This document shows positions 47,801-63,868 of a stretch of DNA of 64,000 nt, one piece after another. The position numbers and the translations under genes were made by a program. The stretch lies in assembly GCA_037447605.1 (NCBI GenBank), contig CM074812.1:992001-1056000 (forward strand), written 5' to 3'. Below the pieces are notes generated by a model. It searched no databases, was not told the DNA's origin, and saw only the letters and a program-made list of their open reading frames with translations. The number at the start of each line of letters is the position of its first letter. Position 1 is the stretch's first letter. This stretch comes from Zygnema circumcarinatum SAG 698-1b (taxonomy: Eukaryota; Plantae; Zygnematophyceae).

Positions 47801-50800
47801 GCCACGCAGCTGCATCACAACTCCCCAAAGTATATGACAGTTCATTGCAGTACACCAGCACACACCTGGATAGTGACGGGCATATCTTTAGGCCCTTGGA
47901 TAAGAGATGACACTTCAAATGCTGATTTTCCCGCAACGCTGGTGCCATTCACTGCCAGAACTTCATCTCCCTGCCAGCCATAAAGAGCCGGAATCACTTG
48001 TTTTGACATGTCGCTGCATACATTAATCTATTTACTCCAGGCAAAGTGCTTTGTAGAGCCTGCATTAAAACACAGTTACTACATCGCCTTTCTCCCAATG
48101 AAACGCGACAACTTCTTCGTTGTACAGAAGCGGCCGACAACATTTCTGGCCAGAATACAAAGTAAATGCGATTTTCAACATGCTACGATATGATGCAATT
48201 CAGGTGCTTTTTATATGTACCTGGCGAACACCGGCAAGCTGTGCTGGCGAACCGAGCACAATGCCGAGAACTTGCAGGCGCGGCGGCTGACCTCCTTCGC
48301 CACCCACGTCGCCAATGTTGAGCCCAATGCCTGTCACGTCGTATTTCGCCAACTGGGCAAACTGCCTCCCCCGGTAAAAGACGACTGATGGCGTATCAGC
48401 AGATGAGTTGAGAGAGAGAGCACTCCGCTGAGCCAAGGCTGGTTGAAGCCTCATGGCTATGGCTTCTGTGAAGAAGGGTTAACAGAGGAGATGCCCGCCT
48501 GCACCCTCCCTCAAAGTGAGGGAGGTTCATGCAGCTCAACACTATTAGCAACGAAATGCTCATTGCAGCTTTCTCGGCACCCGCCCTTCTCCATTCTCTA
48601 ATCTCCTGGGAAACTGCAAAAACTTTGCCTGATCATCTACCAAACAAACAAGCAATTGACGACAATGGCGCCATTCGCTCCCGATTTGAATCACTAACAT
48701 GGACAAAACTCAGTCATTGTCTGTGCGCTTCTTGTTTCAACTTCAATTCAATATGACTTGAACTGCCCGTTCGATCTCTATTTTTTATAGTGTATAAGTT
48801 CAGCGTCGTAGCAACAAAACACCTTTCTAATAACTTGTCGTCTATAATCAATGCAGCAGAAGACCTGATATCAGTTATCTCAAGGAGTAAATCCATAGAA
48901 TTGGAAAAGCTAGAATGCTTGGAAGGGCATATGTGGCCTCAAACCTAAAAGACAGAACAGCATTCTATAAGATTGAAGGGCCAACTGTGTACTGCACTGG
49001 GGAAATATCAGCACCTGAGCTGGGGTAAGAAAGCGGCTATATGGATCGTCAAGGGACCCCAGCATCTGACTGATGGTTGCGTATGCTGCCATACGACTGC
49101 GTATGGGCCTGCGAAGAGCCTCCTCTTTCTTTTTCTGCAACAAAAGCCGAAAGGCACAAGAGTCAGAGTCGCAAACTGCCATATAGGTTCGGGCCAGAAT
49201 TACAATAAGTAGCCAGTGCCAGAAGCAGGCCCGGGCCAGAAACGCCAAAATCTCTTTTGCGAACCAAGCAGCAATGGGACTTGATCACGCCTTAGTAAAG
49301 AAGTAAAGTATCAAAACATTCTTAGGAAAGACGTGAAGTATCAAAATGATAAACCCGATCTTGATACTAGTTAGACAACTCAACTTGGCGAAGTGCATTG
49401 TGCAGTAGGAAATATGGTAACTTGGGTAGGAACATTGGGGCAGGGGCGGGAACAGGGTCTAATTTAGAAATTGCAACTTGAGACGGTGTCAAGCATGTAA
49501 GTTCGGAGATGAATGACGAGCATGAAGTCAACCTAAAATGGACTTCGTCTTATTGGGCCATAATGACAAACCCACAGTGAAGAACAGTACAAATATGTGG
49601 CATCTAATTCGCGGATGAACATGATGATGGAAAGAATTGAAGAGCAAAATGGGAAGCATTAAACTGAGCCTTATCACAAGAATGTGTAGAGAGAGTCCAA
49701 AAGCATATCCGGATTTACAAAAGCTCATGGTAAGTCTACAATGCGGAAACGGGAGTAGCAAGCAAAGAGTGCAAGGATGAAGCCAACTGCGACGACAGAA
49801 GCAAGACACAACTCCACAAATTGAGTAGGTTTCAAGTCTTTGTGCCTTTCGAAGGCCCAAACAAGGAAATGAGCCACAAGAAGCGTCAAAGCAAGCAAAG
49901 AAATGACGTAGGGAGGCGCGATGGAGTATGAAACGGGCAACTTTGATGAATGCAGAAACAAAGCAAGTGACTGGAGGATGAAGATATTGACCTAGAGGTC
50001 TGGGAAGGGCAACCAGTCACTTAGTAGGCAGATTTAAAAGCATGCTATGAGGAAAAGTAAAAAGCAAATTGGCAGATTGGCTTTAGCATTAAGTGCTTGA
50101 ACCCATGGCAAGTAAGGTGATGTAGACATCTGAGACAGTTGAAAAAGAGTCGATTGACTCGTAAAAAGCTTGCTTCTCCTAGACATTTCTCACCTCCCAG
50201 GCTTCGTGCGTCCAGACCTTGTGTCGTGCATCAAGGAATGCCTCATCTACAACTTGCCAAGCTTCCAGCACCACGGACTCGTTGGTGATTTCCGTCTGCT
50301 CGGGCTCTCCTTCAAGCTCCATTGCAATATCTGCTACACTCTGCAGTTCTGTATCTGTTTGACATTCCACTGGGAAGCTGGTGCTGATTGAGGAAAAAAT
50401 ATTTTCTTTTAAATTTTTCTGAGCTTGTAAGGCTTCACGTGTGCTGTAGCCTCCGATATTTTGAAATAATTTGTCACTGAGTACAGGTTCACTATCAGCT
50501 ACAGGAGCAGGGTAGTTACTGGGGGCCAGATTACATGTCCCGATGGTTGGCTGCACGTTTAGTAGAGGAGATAAAGAATGACAATCTGGAAATTGATTTC
50601 TGTCACGCTCTGGTGTATGCTGTGCGGCTTGCCGTCCTCGGGTCCCATCTGTTATCGTAGGAATTGCTGACACAACGGTAATTGGAAATTCTTTCTCGAC
50701 AGAAACTGGTGCATCAGAAGCAGAGGCCAAAAGAGGTGCGTCGAGAGACAGTAACGACTGTTCTGGAGTTCTACAGATGGAAGGGTATGACGACGTTTGA

Positions 50801-51393
50801 GAATATTCTTGCACATCCCTTTGTAAAGCCTGCGATGTACTCGAAGTCTGAGCTTGATCTAGAAGCTCGGCTGCTTCGACAGGATAGGGAAAGACGGCAA
50901 GTGACATAGATAAAAGGAATGCTCCGACAGCAGCAGGAATGCAAGAAGAGGCGGAAGGGGAGGTAGGAGCTTGCGCGACTTGAGCAGCAACGTTGGGAGA
51001 TACACTTGCGTTCACCTTCTCACCATAAACTATTAAGGAAGACTTATGAGCAAATGAGCAGCATAAATGTGGAGCTTTAAAAGGAGCTAATTTTTTTTGT
51101 AGCGGCCATCGCCCGCAGACATCAGTGAGTCCTGCCACACCTGCGGCGCGTTTGTTTGGAAAAAATGTCACACACGCACCCGCAGAAACTCTCTTCTCAA
51201 AAACCAAACCTTTCGCGTTGTTGCTGCTACTGCCATATCCTATGCATGCTGTATGGCTCCTCTTCCAGGCGTGCAGTGAAGCTCCCCGCTGCAATGTATG
51301 GCGTTTCTTACAGTGCATTAGCTCAGAGCATTCCCTTACAGGAACATGACCTGCGCTGACGCTCCAAGAGGCCGCCATGGCCATGGCCGTCAT
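44810..51393 (-). CDS. ctpA: Chloroplast C-terminal processing peptidase (CtpA/CTPA1-like, S41 family), about 12 exons
   Basis: Exons 51393-50194, 49134-49015, 48361-48221, 47970-47866, 47574-47400, 47232-47156, 46405-46361, 46190-46107, 45774-45736, 45538-45476 and 45206-45077 splice in frame. Motifs: LDDPYSRFL, PDZ region GIGL/GSPA..AG, ILDLQDNPGG, NSRTASASEI, RTFGKGLIQ, GKYVTP..DIDKNGIEPD. The last exon and the start codon are uncertain. Confidence 0.9.
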
Positions 51394-51970
51394 CAAAGAC
51401 AACCGATGCGTCTCTCGCAAGAAGGTTGCTGTTCCACAGGACCCGACGCCCGTTGCGCGGAACGCGGCTGTCGTTGGGTGGAACAGTCGCCGTTAGACGG
51501 AGATGTACTTCAGACAGTTTCCCCGAAACGGGCTCTGTTCCGCGGAACCTTTGCATTTCGCACAGTCGTTTCTGCCGCAGGTTGAACTTCGAATTCGGGC
51601 TCTCTCCATCGTGAAAGGTACAGTCGAGTGCAAAACAATAGGAACCCGCCACGTACTGAAAAGTGGACACGTGGCGCGTTCCCATTGGAAATCCTCCGTG
51701 GCAACAACGGTTATGAAATGCAACCGCAGTCCCGAAGTCCCAAAGTTTCCAAAGCAACCGGCAACCGATGCGAACCGATTCTGTACAACAACGAACAGTT
51801 TCGTACGACACAGGACGAAAAAGATACGGTTTCGTACAGATTCGTACAGTACGGACAACGGATGCCTGTCGTTTTGGCGGCACCGTACCTGAGGGCGTTC
51901 ATACGGTGCAAGTTTGGAGATTGGAGGATATTTGGAAAGGGCGATCTATGTGGCGTCTGTTCCGTTGTAG

Positions 51971-54046
<2,076 letters not shown>

Positions 54047-55761
54047 ACTGTCTACCATTGTCCTGATTCTGCTTCCCGTAGGGTGGTTCAAGTGCAGATT
54101 TCCTGTCTGGTCACTTGGAACTCGACGGAAACATGTTATTGCTTCTTTCTGTTGTAGAGTTGTGGTTTGCTTTGGGGCTTTGTCGGATTCTGGTGACTTC
54201 GCAATGGTCGGCAGGAAGGCTCCTGGGAGCTGCGAGTGTGCCACGGCTCTTGCTGTCCGCCACATATTCCAAGGTGGTTTTTTGAACGGTACACGTACTG
54301 TATTAGGATCTGCTTGCTTACGCTGCACTTTGTATGGCCACTGACTACCGCAGTTTCTTTGAAAGGGACAAGTGGAAGGAAATGTTATCTACGCCTTCTT
54401 GCAAGCGTAAAGTGCCCCCATGGCTCTCTTAAAGCTGGATGTGATGTCACTCATGCCGCAAAGTCTTTGATGCAGTCTGTGTGGGCCTTTTTCCTAGAGG
54501 GCATTGTAGTGTGTATGCTTCCAAAGACTTCTGATAAATATGATTCGAGGTCTGCAGGAAGGTTGAGATTGGTCTTGTGAAGCTTTGCATGCCATGCACT
54601 GGCAGATTTGCAGTATGCAATGTGCAGATGTGATGCCCTTGAGCAGAGCGCATAAACTTAGATTCGTACGGCGAGAGTAATGACATCTAGAGAGAGTACT
54701 TATTTGGTCATGCGACATTTTGATGTGGAGAGCTATTGCACATAAAGGTTTATGTGTTGGTCATATTAGTCAGGCGGAAAGTAGGGAAGGGGAAGCATGT
54801 GGCTCCAGGATTAGGCTGCAGAAGGGTACCTTGGATGGCACAGGCTATTTCCTGAGTGCTAAAATTGTATGATCTGGCGAGCTCTAATGGGGCCACAAGT
54901 CAGGTGTACCCTCAAGGCTTGTCTATTTGGCAGTGTGAAGGACTGAGGGGTGATGATGCATGTACGTCCCTCCATATGTTAATATATGCAGGCATGTATG
55001 CATCCATCCTTAATCCATGCGTATAGACTCACTGCTTGCATAACAGAATTGAGGTATGCTCAAGACATCTGAGTTTTCTCAGGAATTTCAAGGTCGCCGT
55101 TTGCAAAAGGACTCCATTCATATCAGTTCGAGGACTTCAAAGGAGTCTGCTTCACAAATTCTATAGTTTCTATTGCAAATGTACTTCTCAATGTGAAATG
55201 AACTGCACACTTCGTATCTGCCAATTCCTATCAAGATGCGTTTTGAAATTTGAGAGGATTTTGTAACCATTGCCTTTTAAAACATTGTCACGCTAATGCG
55301 GAAGTGAATCTTGGAATTCCAATTCAGTACACTCTTTCCCCCAAATAGTGTCAGCAGGGCAGAAAAATGAAAGGGATTTTGGTATCCATCTAAAATTTGA
55401 AAATCCTTCTTACAAGAATACTTTTAGAAGCTTTCCCGGTTTGCACTTATTGAAAAGCTGTGAAGATTTCCTGTATGAAGAACGACCACTTCAATACGTT
55501 TTGGACAAAAGTTGTGGAAACTCCACTTATTGATCTCATTTCTCTACAGCTGCAACTCATTCCCGATGATCTAAGATTGTAGCGTCCTTAGGGTTTCTAA
55601 AGTCTTCCGTGCTTCTAGAGTTTCCAAAAGTGAATAGACACGACCGGAAATCTGCTGCTCAACATCTCCTCCTTCCCATTTCCTCCATACAAAGACAAAC
55701 AGTCGTGTGAAAGGAACACGGCAAGCTTTTCCCTCTCTAATTTGCTAAAGGAAACTACGAG

Positions 55762-58700
55762 CTACAATCTCACCTTTTTCTGCTTCTCCATCCTAAAGCC
55801 TTTCTCCTTTCGCTTTTTCAAGTTTTGGGTTACGTCATCCGCAGGAGCCTCACTTGCAGCTGTCCTCTTTTCTCCCTTACTCAGCTCTTTTCGTCTTTTC
55901 CTCGCGTGTAAAGGAAGTAGGCTCTGCTTCCCTTCCTCGCTCTCTCTACGCTTCTTTTTGCCTCCCTGAATTTTGCCTTCCTGAGGCACTTCTGCCGCCT
56001 CAGGTTCGATGTCTGCTTTTCCAGAACCAAAGCCTTTACCACTTTTCATTTGTCGCTTACTCACTCGCTCTCCGGTGTCTGCCGAGTCCCCTGCGTCCCT
56101 CTTCCTTGCCTTCGCCGCTTGATTTCCCGCTTTGGTCAGGGCTTTCTCCTCTCCTTGCGAGCCTCCTCCACCTGCCTCTTTAGGAAGGCCTGAATGAAGG
56201 GTTACACTTGTGCCACTAATTTCAGCAGATTTTTCTGCAACGCAATCAGCACACAGTTCTTAAAGTTAATATGCGAACAACAAGGAAAGAAATAGTTTTG
56301 TCAGCCCGGAGAGCAAGCATTCAGTCACTCTCAATCATCTCCTCCTGACGACTTTTGCAAATGCAGACAGAAACCCCAAAGCAGAAAGCAGAAGCCACCC
56401 TCTCCAATCCTCAAGCCTTTTGCCTCCTTACTTGCCCAAAAGCCGCCGAGGGCCATACACGTGATCCGTGCCTTTGTGGCCACCTCCAGCCATGGCTGCA
56501 TGCTCCCTTGGCTGCCCTCTTCACTCCCCTTCTTCTTCAGCATCCTTGGGTCCCAAGTTCGCACTACCCCATCTGAAGAAGCAGACGCTAAGAAGAGGGG
56601 AAGGGGAGTATGAGAGAGCCCTGGAGGCACAGCAAGGCCTCGGATTCGAGAAGAGTGGGCCTTGGGGATGGTAAGGACCGGCTCTTCAACGCTGTTATCC
56701 CATGCACGAATGGTGCCTTCTTCACCTGCAGTTACTACAAGCCTGTCCTGCAGCAGCCACGCTTCCCCCCCATATGGCTGAAGTCAGATGCCACGCATAT
56801 AGAATTATGGTTTGAGGTTTTCGATAGCTTATCATCTAACCTCAGTATAGAACATTCAAATGGCGCCGCGTGGTCGACAATGTCACCACTGTGCTTTCCG
56901 CGGTTAGTCCTAGAGAGATGCTATAGAGGGGTCCATGGAATACATGTGTGCGCATCAAATGTGGAGTCCGACACTGTTCAATTGTCCCGAAAGCATGTCC
57001 CTCTCATGTATATCAAAGAACTGTATACCCGCTAGTCCAGTAGAAAACTGAAAGCACACCCCTGACACTCCATTTTGTCTATCAAAGACAGGGCGACATA
57101 AAGCACTCACCAAATGCGAAGCAAGCGCAAGCACTCTGTCTGCATGCTTGAGTTGCCGAATCTCGCGGCCATTCTCACTTGCATGCAGAGTGACAAGACC
57201 CCCCTGCAGGCCGAGAGCATATGTGTCGCCTCCCTGGGGAGCGAGGGCCACATGCAGACCCTCTTGGGGCAGCTTTGAGGAGAAGGATGACTTGCCCTTA
57301 ACCAGATTCCACATGCGAAGCGTGCCATCCCGTGATACGGAAAGAGCTAAACGCCCACTTGGATGCACTGCATGAGCCACACACATCATCCGATTTTGCA
57401 AGAAAGAAAATCAGTATGATTAACTATATCTGCAACGAAATTAACGTAATTCCACCCTTTGAGAACATGACCGCTTCCAAAATCACGCTCAGAAAGGGAA
57501 TATGGACGCAAATAGGTCAAATGTAAGTTCAGCCAGAGTGATGCGGAAAGGAAAAGTGCATAGGACTGTTAATGACAAAAGCCTAATGCTGTACAGTACT
57601 TCCTGGCAAAAGGGCGGTCGAAATATTCACTGAAAGTGAAGGGAGCTAAGTGTTGAAGTGAGGGAGCACTTAAAGGCCCATGTGAAGCAAACTCATGAGA
57701 ATCACATTTGGGAAATGGTGAACTGCTGGTTAGTCAAGAACATATAAAGGAAGCTCAAGGAAGATACATTCCAACTAGTCCGTCCAATGAAGACAGTAGA
57801 CCCAAAACATAAGGGACTAGATATCCAGAAATAAACAATTCTAAACAAAGCTATCTATCACAGGACTCACAATCAGGCGCTGAAAATAAAAAAAAGTAGT
57901 AATGGACATCCATTTAACCCGGCAAAGCGCCAGTGGGGAATATAATAATTCAGCGGTAGGATATCAAGGTTTGCCTCAACTTATCACTGACGTTTCCTTA
58001 GTGATGAAACGTTACATACTTACGTTACTTGTTCACGTGTGCTACGCTCGGCTAAATAGACCTCATAAATGACCACTATATGTACTAAGAATCCCAAAAC
58101 AAACCTCTAGCTTTTTTCATATCTGAAAACACCTTTCAGAAAGGAATGCAAAAACAACATCAAATTCTTACTCAGTTCGACTATGCAGCAAGACACCCAC
58201 AAGTGTTGATTTAATGACTTAAACCCATCTTCCAGCCGGTCTCTACCAACTATGCCAAGTCACGTACCACTTATATCATTAATGGGTCCTTTGTGGCCTT
58301 TCAAGGTGATGAGATGTTGCCATTTGTCGGTATCCCACACGCAGATCTTGGAGTCCTCTCCTCCAGAAATTAGATGAGTGGGGTGGCCCTGAGGTCCATG
58401 GAACTGCTCCCCGAAGAGGGGCAATAAACCCATACAGTATCAGACTGAGGCTCCATAGTACAGTGCACAGCTGCTTCCTGAAGCCACTTTTCCTCGTAAA
58501 AACAAGCTTCCCAGAAGAGAGAGTATCACGTAGCTCCCGAGGGAGGGAGGGAGGAGGGAGGGAGGGAGGGAGGGAGGGAGGGAGGGAGGGAGGGAGAGGG
58601 AGGGAGGGAGGGAGGGAGGGAGGGAGGGAGAGGGAGGGAGGGAGGAGGAGGAGGGAGGGAGGAGGGAGGAGGAGGGAGGAGGGAGGAGGAGGGAGGGAGG

Positions 58701-59429
58701 GAGAGGGAGGGAGGGAGGAGGAGGGAGGAGGAGGAGGAGGGAGGGAGGGAGGGAGGAGGAGGAGGAGGGAGGGAGGGAGACCTGCAGGCTCGTGACGCTG
58801 CCTTCATGCTGCATCAGCGTGCCCATGTCTGTCCGGCCTTTGAGATCGTAAAGCTTGATCACGTCGTCGTCTCCCCCCGACGCGGCAACGAACCCTGAGG
58901 CCGCCACGCTCTTCACTGGGCCCAAGTGCGCCCCGTAGTTGTAGGCCACCGGCAGCGCTCCCGCTTGCACCTCGTCAGAGCCGTCAATTTCCCTGTTCCG
59001 CATGCCCACATGAATCCTACAATTGCTTAAACCTGGGGTGTGCGAAACCCTTAATTAATTAATTAATTAATTAATCACCGCTGGAGCTCAAAGAATTTCA
59101 AGAGTTCAAGCTAAATTGAAGTTCTGAATGTTCTCAGAGGACTCGTAACGTAACCCTAATTTTCAAGGTCTTCCAGGTTTAAAAAGACCAAATCCATGAA
59201 AGTTTTCTAAGTTTCAAACTACCTCTAATCTGCAATGGTTTATATAGTTACGCCCCTTCCCCCACAAAAAATCCAAACGGGGGATATCCCCTCTCCAGAG
59301 CCGCCATGAGCAGCAAGCAGGTGCAGCCACGTGGCAGCAGCAGCAGCAAGCGGCTTACCTGGGCGGGGCTTTCAAAGAGAAGCCGAGCACGCGCCTCTCG
59401 TAGCAGCCGGCCATCAGCGCCGCCGCCAT
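55762..59429 (-). CDS. WD40 protein, PAK1IP1/MAK11-like (60S biogenesis); exons 59429-59359, 58992-58782, 58403-58268, 57367-57111, 56747-56432, 56189-55762
   Basis: N-terminus MAAALMAGCYERRVLGF, then AHLGPVKSVA, ASGGDDDVIKLYD, LKGHKGPINDISVHPSGRLALSVSRDGTLRMWNLVKGK, AHSSRIRG, LASASSDG and a Lys/Arg-rich tail. Exons splice in frame. Confidence 0.88.
58540..58780. repeat. Purine-pure (GGAG/GGA)n tract in a PAK1IP1-like intron
   Basis: About 240 bp of G and A only. Similar tracts lie at about 5920-6065 and 60590-60720. Confidence 0.9.
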
Positions 59430-60170
59430 GGCGGCCTCCTAGGGAAGCTCAGCCGCGCTTCCACGAGGCGCCACGTGCCCCGCTGCTCTCCCGCGCTGCC
59501 ACGTGGCACCCTCTGCCTGCAGCGCCGGAGACCCCTTCCTCCCTCTCGGCAGGGGACACTTTTTGAAGGAAGAATATCAAATCGGCTTGAATACTGGAAT
59601 ATGCTGATCAGTATCGCGATATCTTTCGTATCGGGGTGTCGAGGCGCATGGGCACTTGTAAATCGGACGGAGCCGGCGCAGTCTCGACCGTCCGATTTCT
59701 GAGCGGGAGATTGTGGGCCGTCAGATTGACAGATCGTACAAGGAAGGCCTGCGGACCCAACGGTCGAATTTTCGGCTTGGCCTCGTCCTCCAACGGTCCA
59801 ATTTCTGAACGTTCCAGAAGGGAGGGGTACTGGACTCACGCCGCCTTTTAATCTTCCGCACAGCCGAGTTGGTGCTTGTGTGAGAAAGGGAGGGAGAGGG
59901 CGGAGAGGGAGGGAGGGAGAAAGAGAGAATGTGCTTTGTTGAATAAGTAACAAGTTCCAGCAGAGAAGAAACCTTGACAGCGAACAGCACTTGTACAAAA
60001 AACAATTTTCTTTATAAAGTAAGGTGTAGACGACAAACAGAGGAGAGGGTCAGAGGGTTCTTTTCCTGACCGCTCTTTAGCTCTTGAGACCGAAACTGAA
60101 ACTGAAACTGGCAACTGAGCGCGTTTATGCACATGCACAAAGTGTAAACAGGAACGTGTGGTGTTGCAGT

Positions 60171-60210
60171 TCATTCAAACGCCACTGATTCTTTATCATG
60201 ATGATGATCG

Positions 60211-60247
<37 letters not shown>

Positions 60248-62849
60248 CCTCCAGCTGAAATTTGTACACAGTGAGTGAGACCGGCTTGAGCTTTACATGG
60301 AGCACATCTGTCACACGCTTCAGCACACTTTGTCTCGGAGCCACCTGTGAGAACATGGAACACCAGCACGAAGTTCTTCGTAAGAAAATGCTCTGAGCAC
60401 ACTCTAGGAACCGTTTTAATTCGACAAGGAAGCCACATTCTACAGGTGCGAGTCACCAGCATGTTCCTATCCGAAAAATCTAGCACGTTAAGGGACTCTA
60501 ATGCCTTAGCCGAGCTCTGTTCCAAAGACATGCACTACACAATACAGCCATCCATCGCAAACGAGTGCCGAGAGAGGCCCTCGGACAGTGGGGGGGAGAT
60601 GGGGAGAGGGGGAGAGGGGGAGAGGGGGAGAGGGGGAGGGGGGGGGGTTCGGGACGGAAGTGGGGGAGGGAAGAGGGAGAGAGGGCCAGAGGGGAGGGAG
60701 AGAGGGCCAGAGGGGAGGGAGCGAGAAAACTATGACATTTAAAAAACCTGCGAAAGAACGAGTGAGTGAATACGGTGACACAGGAAGGACAATCTCTCGT
60801 TATCATGAACCTGACGATGATGGCATCAGTTTGCCAAAACTCTGACGGCTTCCGATCAAGCAGCTTGCGTCAACCGCGAGAGTAGGAAGGCAAATACCTT
60901 CAATGGCTGGGCAAAAGAATTTTCATCATATGGGCTGTCACTTGCGAGAAGCTCAACAGTCGCTTCTGAGTGAAGCTTCTTCTGAAGGCCCTCCAGCTCT
61001 ACCTTCACTCGCAGCTCTACAGCTGTTGGGTTCACAGCCTGCACCTCACTACATGCTGTCAGACATAACGGAACGGACGCGTGTTCAAACTATTTCCTTC
61101 AACAATCTCACAAACAACAGGCTGGCCACAAACGAAGGAATATGCCTGACATTCGGCTGATACAATTCTTGAACCCAAGAAGGGAGTGAATTCCTGCAGC
61201 ATAATACTTGTCTGAAGTTGAAAGAGAAACGACCTTGACAATCAGAAGACTCGTGTTCTTGTTCCCTTTCAAAGTGAGATAAACTGCGGCTGAGAACTCG
61301 AGGAGGGAGGCTACACCATCAGCCCCCTGGAAGGAGACAGGAATCCACGTGGCACCCCGGTATTGGCTGAACATGCGGAAAGCCCAGTAGCTCGGGGTGC
61401 CGTAGTGTTGCCATGAATCGAACACAACAGTATCGGGACTCCACCTGCAGAAGGAAGAGACAAGAAATTACTTGTCACAGAAGGGGTTGTTTAGACAATG
61501 CAGATACAAATTTCACACGAAACCACTAGGGATCCCGAATGGCAGAAACTATGACCCATAGCGCGACCTCTATTGCATGCACAAATTTCTGAACTCCAGT
61601 CCCTTCACTTCTGCAGAAATAAAAAAAACAAGCGAAAAAAATGGTTTGGTCTATCAATGGCTGCTTGAGAATTGACCACCGGTTGACACCTTGCCCCGTA
61701 GAGTACGTTTTTGGAGTGTAAAGGTGCACCAAATATTGCAACAGGACAGAGCACTAGACTTGTCCCCACTGTCTGCTTACAACTTCAGCAGTCTCAGTCT
61801 GCTGCTGCTCCACTTAGCACTCTGCTTATACAAATCAATAGAGCTGAGCTTACTGGCGGTGATTGGTGTTGACCATAAGAGGTGCGTAGCTTGCTCCCCA
61901 CACAATATCACTGCCAAACATCCGACCCCACATTCTCCTTTAAGAACTTCTGCCAACAGTGACAGGCTGCAGAAATAAACTGCGAGGGAGTCGGGAGGAG
62001 GAGGAGGGAGGGAGAGGGGGGGGGGTGGATAAATTCACCTGTTCCGTTCCAATCCTGTCATGAAGGCAGCCTCAGCAATAGCCGCCAGTAATGTGCCCAT
62101 ATATGTAGGCCCCGTTTCGGGCCCCAAAACTGCAAACTCACTCACGAAAGCCTGGAGAGAAGCACACTTTTATTCAGGAGAGAACGGAAACGGTTTGCCC
62201 TCTAAGCGGGCTGATAACGGGACTTGAAATATCAGATGAGTTGTAAGGGGGACGAGATGAGGATGGGCTACAAGGCGCAGAGGCTTTAAAGCGAACCTTG
62301 GGGCCTGTGCGGTTAACTCGATCGAACACGTGGGCGTATGCAGACATGACAGCTGTATTGGTATAAACCTGCCCCATACATTATCACAACTATCAGCTCA
62401 AGCGATTGCGAAAAATCAGCATGTGGGCTTAATTGTCTACAAACATGTTCGCAGTCTGATGACAGACATGGATGCTGGAGGGCTGATGCCTGGCCACATC
62501 CATAATACTTTGCAGAGGCAGACTTAGTGAATGGGAATACTGACGTGGAAATCGTAAAGGTCTGCAGGGTGATCCAAAGGAAGCCATGTTGCATCGCAGT
62601 TGGAGATCAGCTGAATATCGGGATAACCTGCTTTGATTGCTTCATAGAACCGCATGTAGCTTCCTGAGAGGGAGGGGCCGCAGCACTGTCAATTCCTTGC
62701 CAGGATCTACCCAGACAAATATTGCGGCACAGACTTCAGACAAAGTTTGAAAGGCAACACTCGTAAAGATCAATCAGAAAAGTCGGAAGCAGACACATAA
62801 AAGCATATGCATGTGTTCCGGTATTCCCTGCCATTCAGATCAAAGAAAG

Positions 62850-62895
<46 letters not shown>

Positions 62896-63868
62896 CTACA
62901 AAGTCAGATGGGGCTCATAGCACCTGAACAAAATGGAAAGGTCAAAGAAAAGCGATGATTCAAATAGAGTTTTTCCAAGAATAAGCAGCAATGGTTATAG
63001 CCAATAACTGCTCACCACGATAGTTGGCAGCGCCGCAGTCTTCATTTCCGATGGCAACGTACTTAAGGTCAAACGGCTCGGAATGACCCATGGATGCTCG
63101 CACTTTCCCCCATGTGCTATTTGCAGGACCCCGTGCGAACTCGATTCCATCCAGAATGTCCTATCGGGAGTGCCCATCCCATCCATGCCATGGCTTTGTT
63201 AAGTGTAGGCATGCATATGCATACTTGTTGCCGCAACAACCTCATCATTTCCTTGTGCAAGTTCAAGTTTATGTGCGCCCCTTGGCAACATTCATAGCAG
63301 AATATCCAACCTGCCGGTCTCGGACATGACTAATCAACAGGCATTACTAGGACATTTTCAGTCGCACAAGAGAGAACCTCGACAAGCATTAAAGGACGAA
63401 GGTTGCAAGGGCACCTTTATGAAGGGACCTAGAGTGGGATAGTACACTTGTTCGGAGTGACTGATGCCTGCAAACACATACCAGTGAAGTAACTCACTGA
63501 AAGAGACGAGCACTCACACTAACAGCCATCTCAGAGCCATCTCATCTCTCTCAGCTTCTCTACCATCCTCCTCCAGCCTTCCCTAAGATTACCGTGATCG
63601 CAAATCATCCCTCAACAAGAAATACTCTAAAAGTCCCAATTATGAAGCATATCTGAGTCAATGCAAAGAAACTTACCATTGTTGAACACCCATACAGGTG
63701 CGGCGTTGAGATCTTCTGCAAACTGCAGATATTCATACAGCCCAAGCCCATCATCTGACCAATAATTCCACACTCCGTTGAAGTGGCCGGGCCGCTCCTC
63801 CTTTGAACCCACTGACTGTCGCCACCGAAAGGAGTGCGCCAAGTGGTCTCCCTCCACATAGCAACCAC
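60171..63868 (-). CDS. Alpha-L-arabinofuranosidase, GH51 (ASD1-like), 3' exons; 5' part lies beyond the window
   Basis: Exon 63868-63677 reads GGCYVEG...RPGHFNGVWNYWSDDGLGLYEYLQFAEDLNAAPVWVFNNG. Downstream exons include FYEAIKAGYPDIQLISNCD, KAFVSEFAV, GTLLAAIAEAAFMTGLERN, ASYAPL, VFDSWQHYGTPSYW and ENSFAQPLKV. Stop at 60171. Confidence 0.9.
62845..62893. repeat. (TC)n microsatellite
   Basis: Directly visible. Confidence 0.9.

Noticed and set aside
58440-58810. Long Pro/Ser- or Gly/Arg-rich ORFs (also 5690-6570 and 60500-60850)
   Set aside because: They are translations of GA-rich simple repeats in introns or UTRs.
59755-59805. MSA-like CCAACGGT motifs upstream of the WD40 gene
   Set aside because: Only two short motifs that are common in plant promoters and repeats, which is insufficient support.
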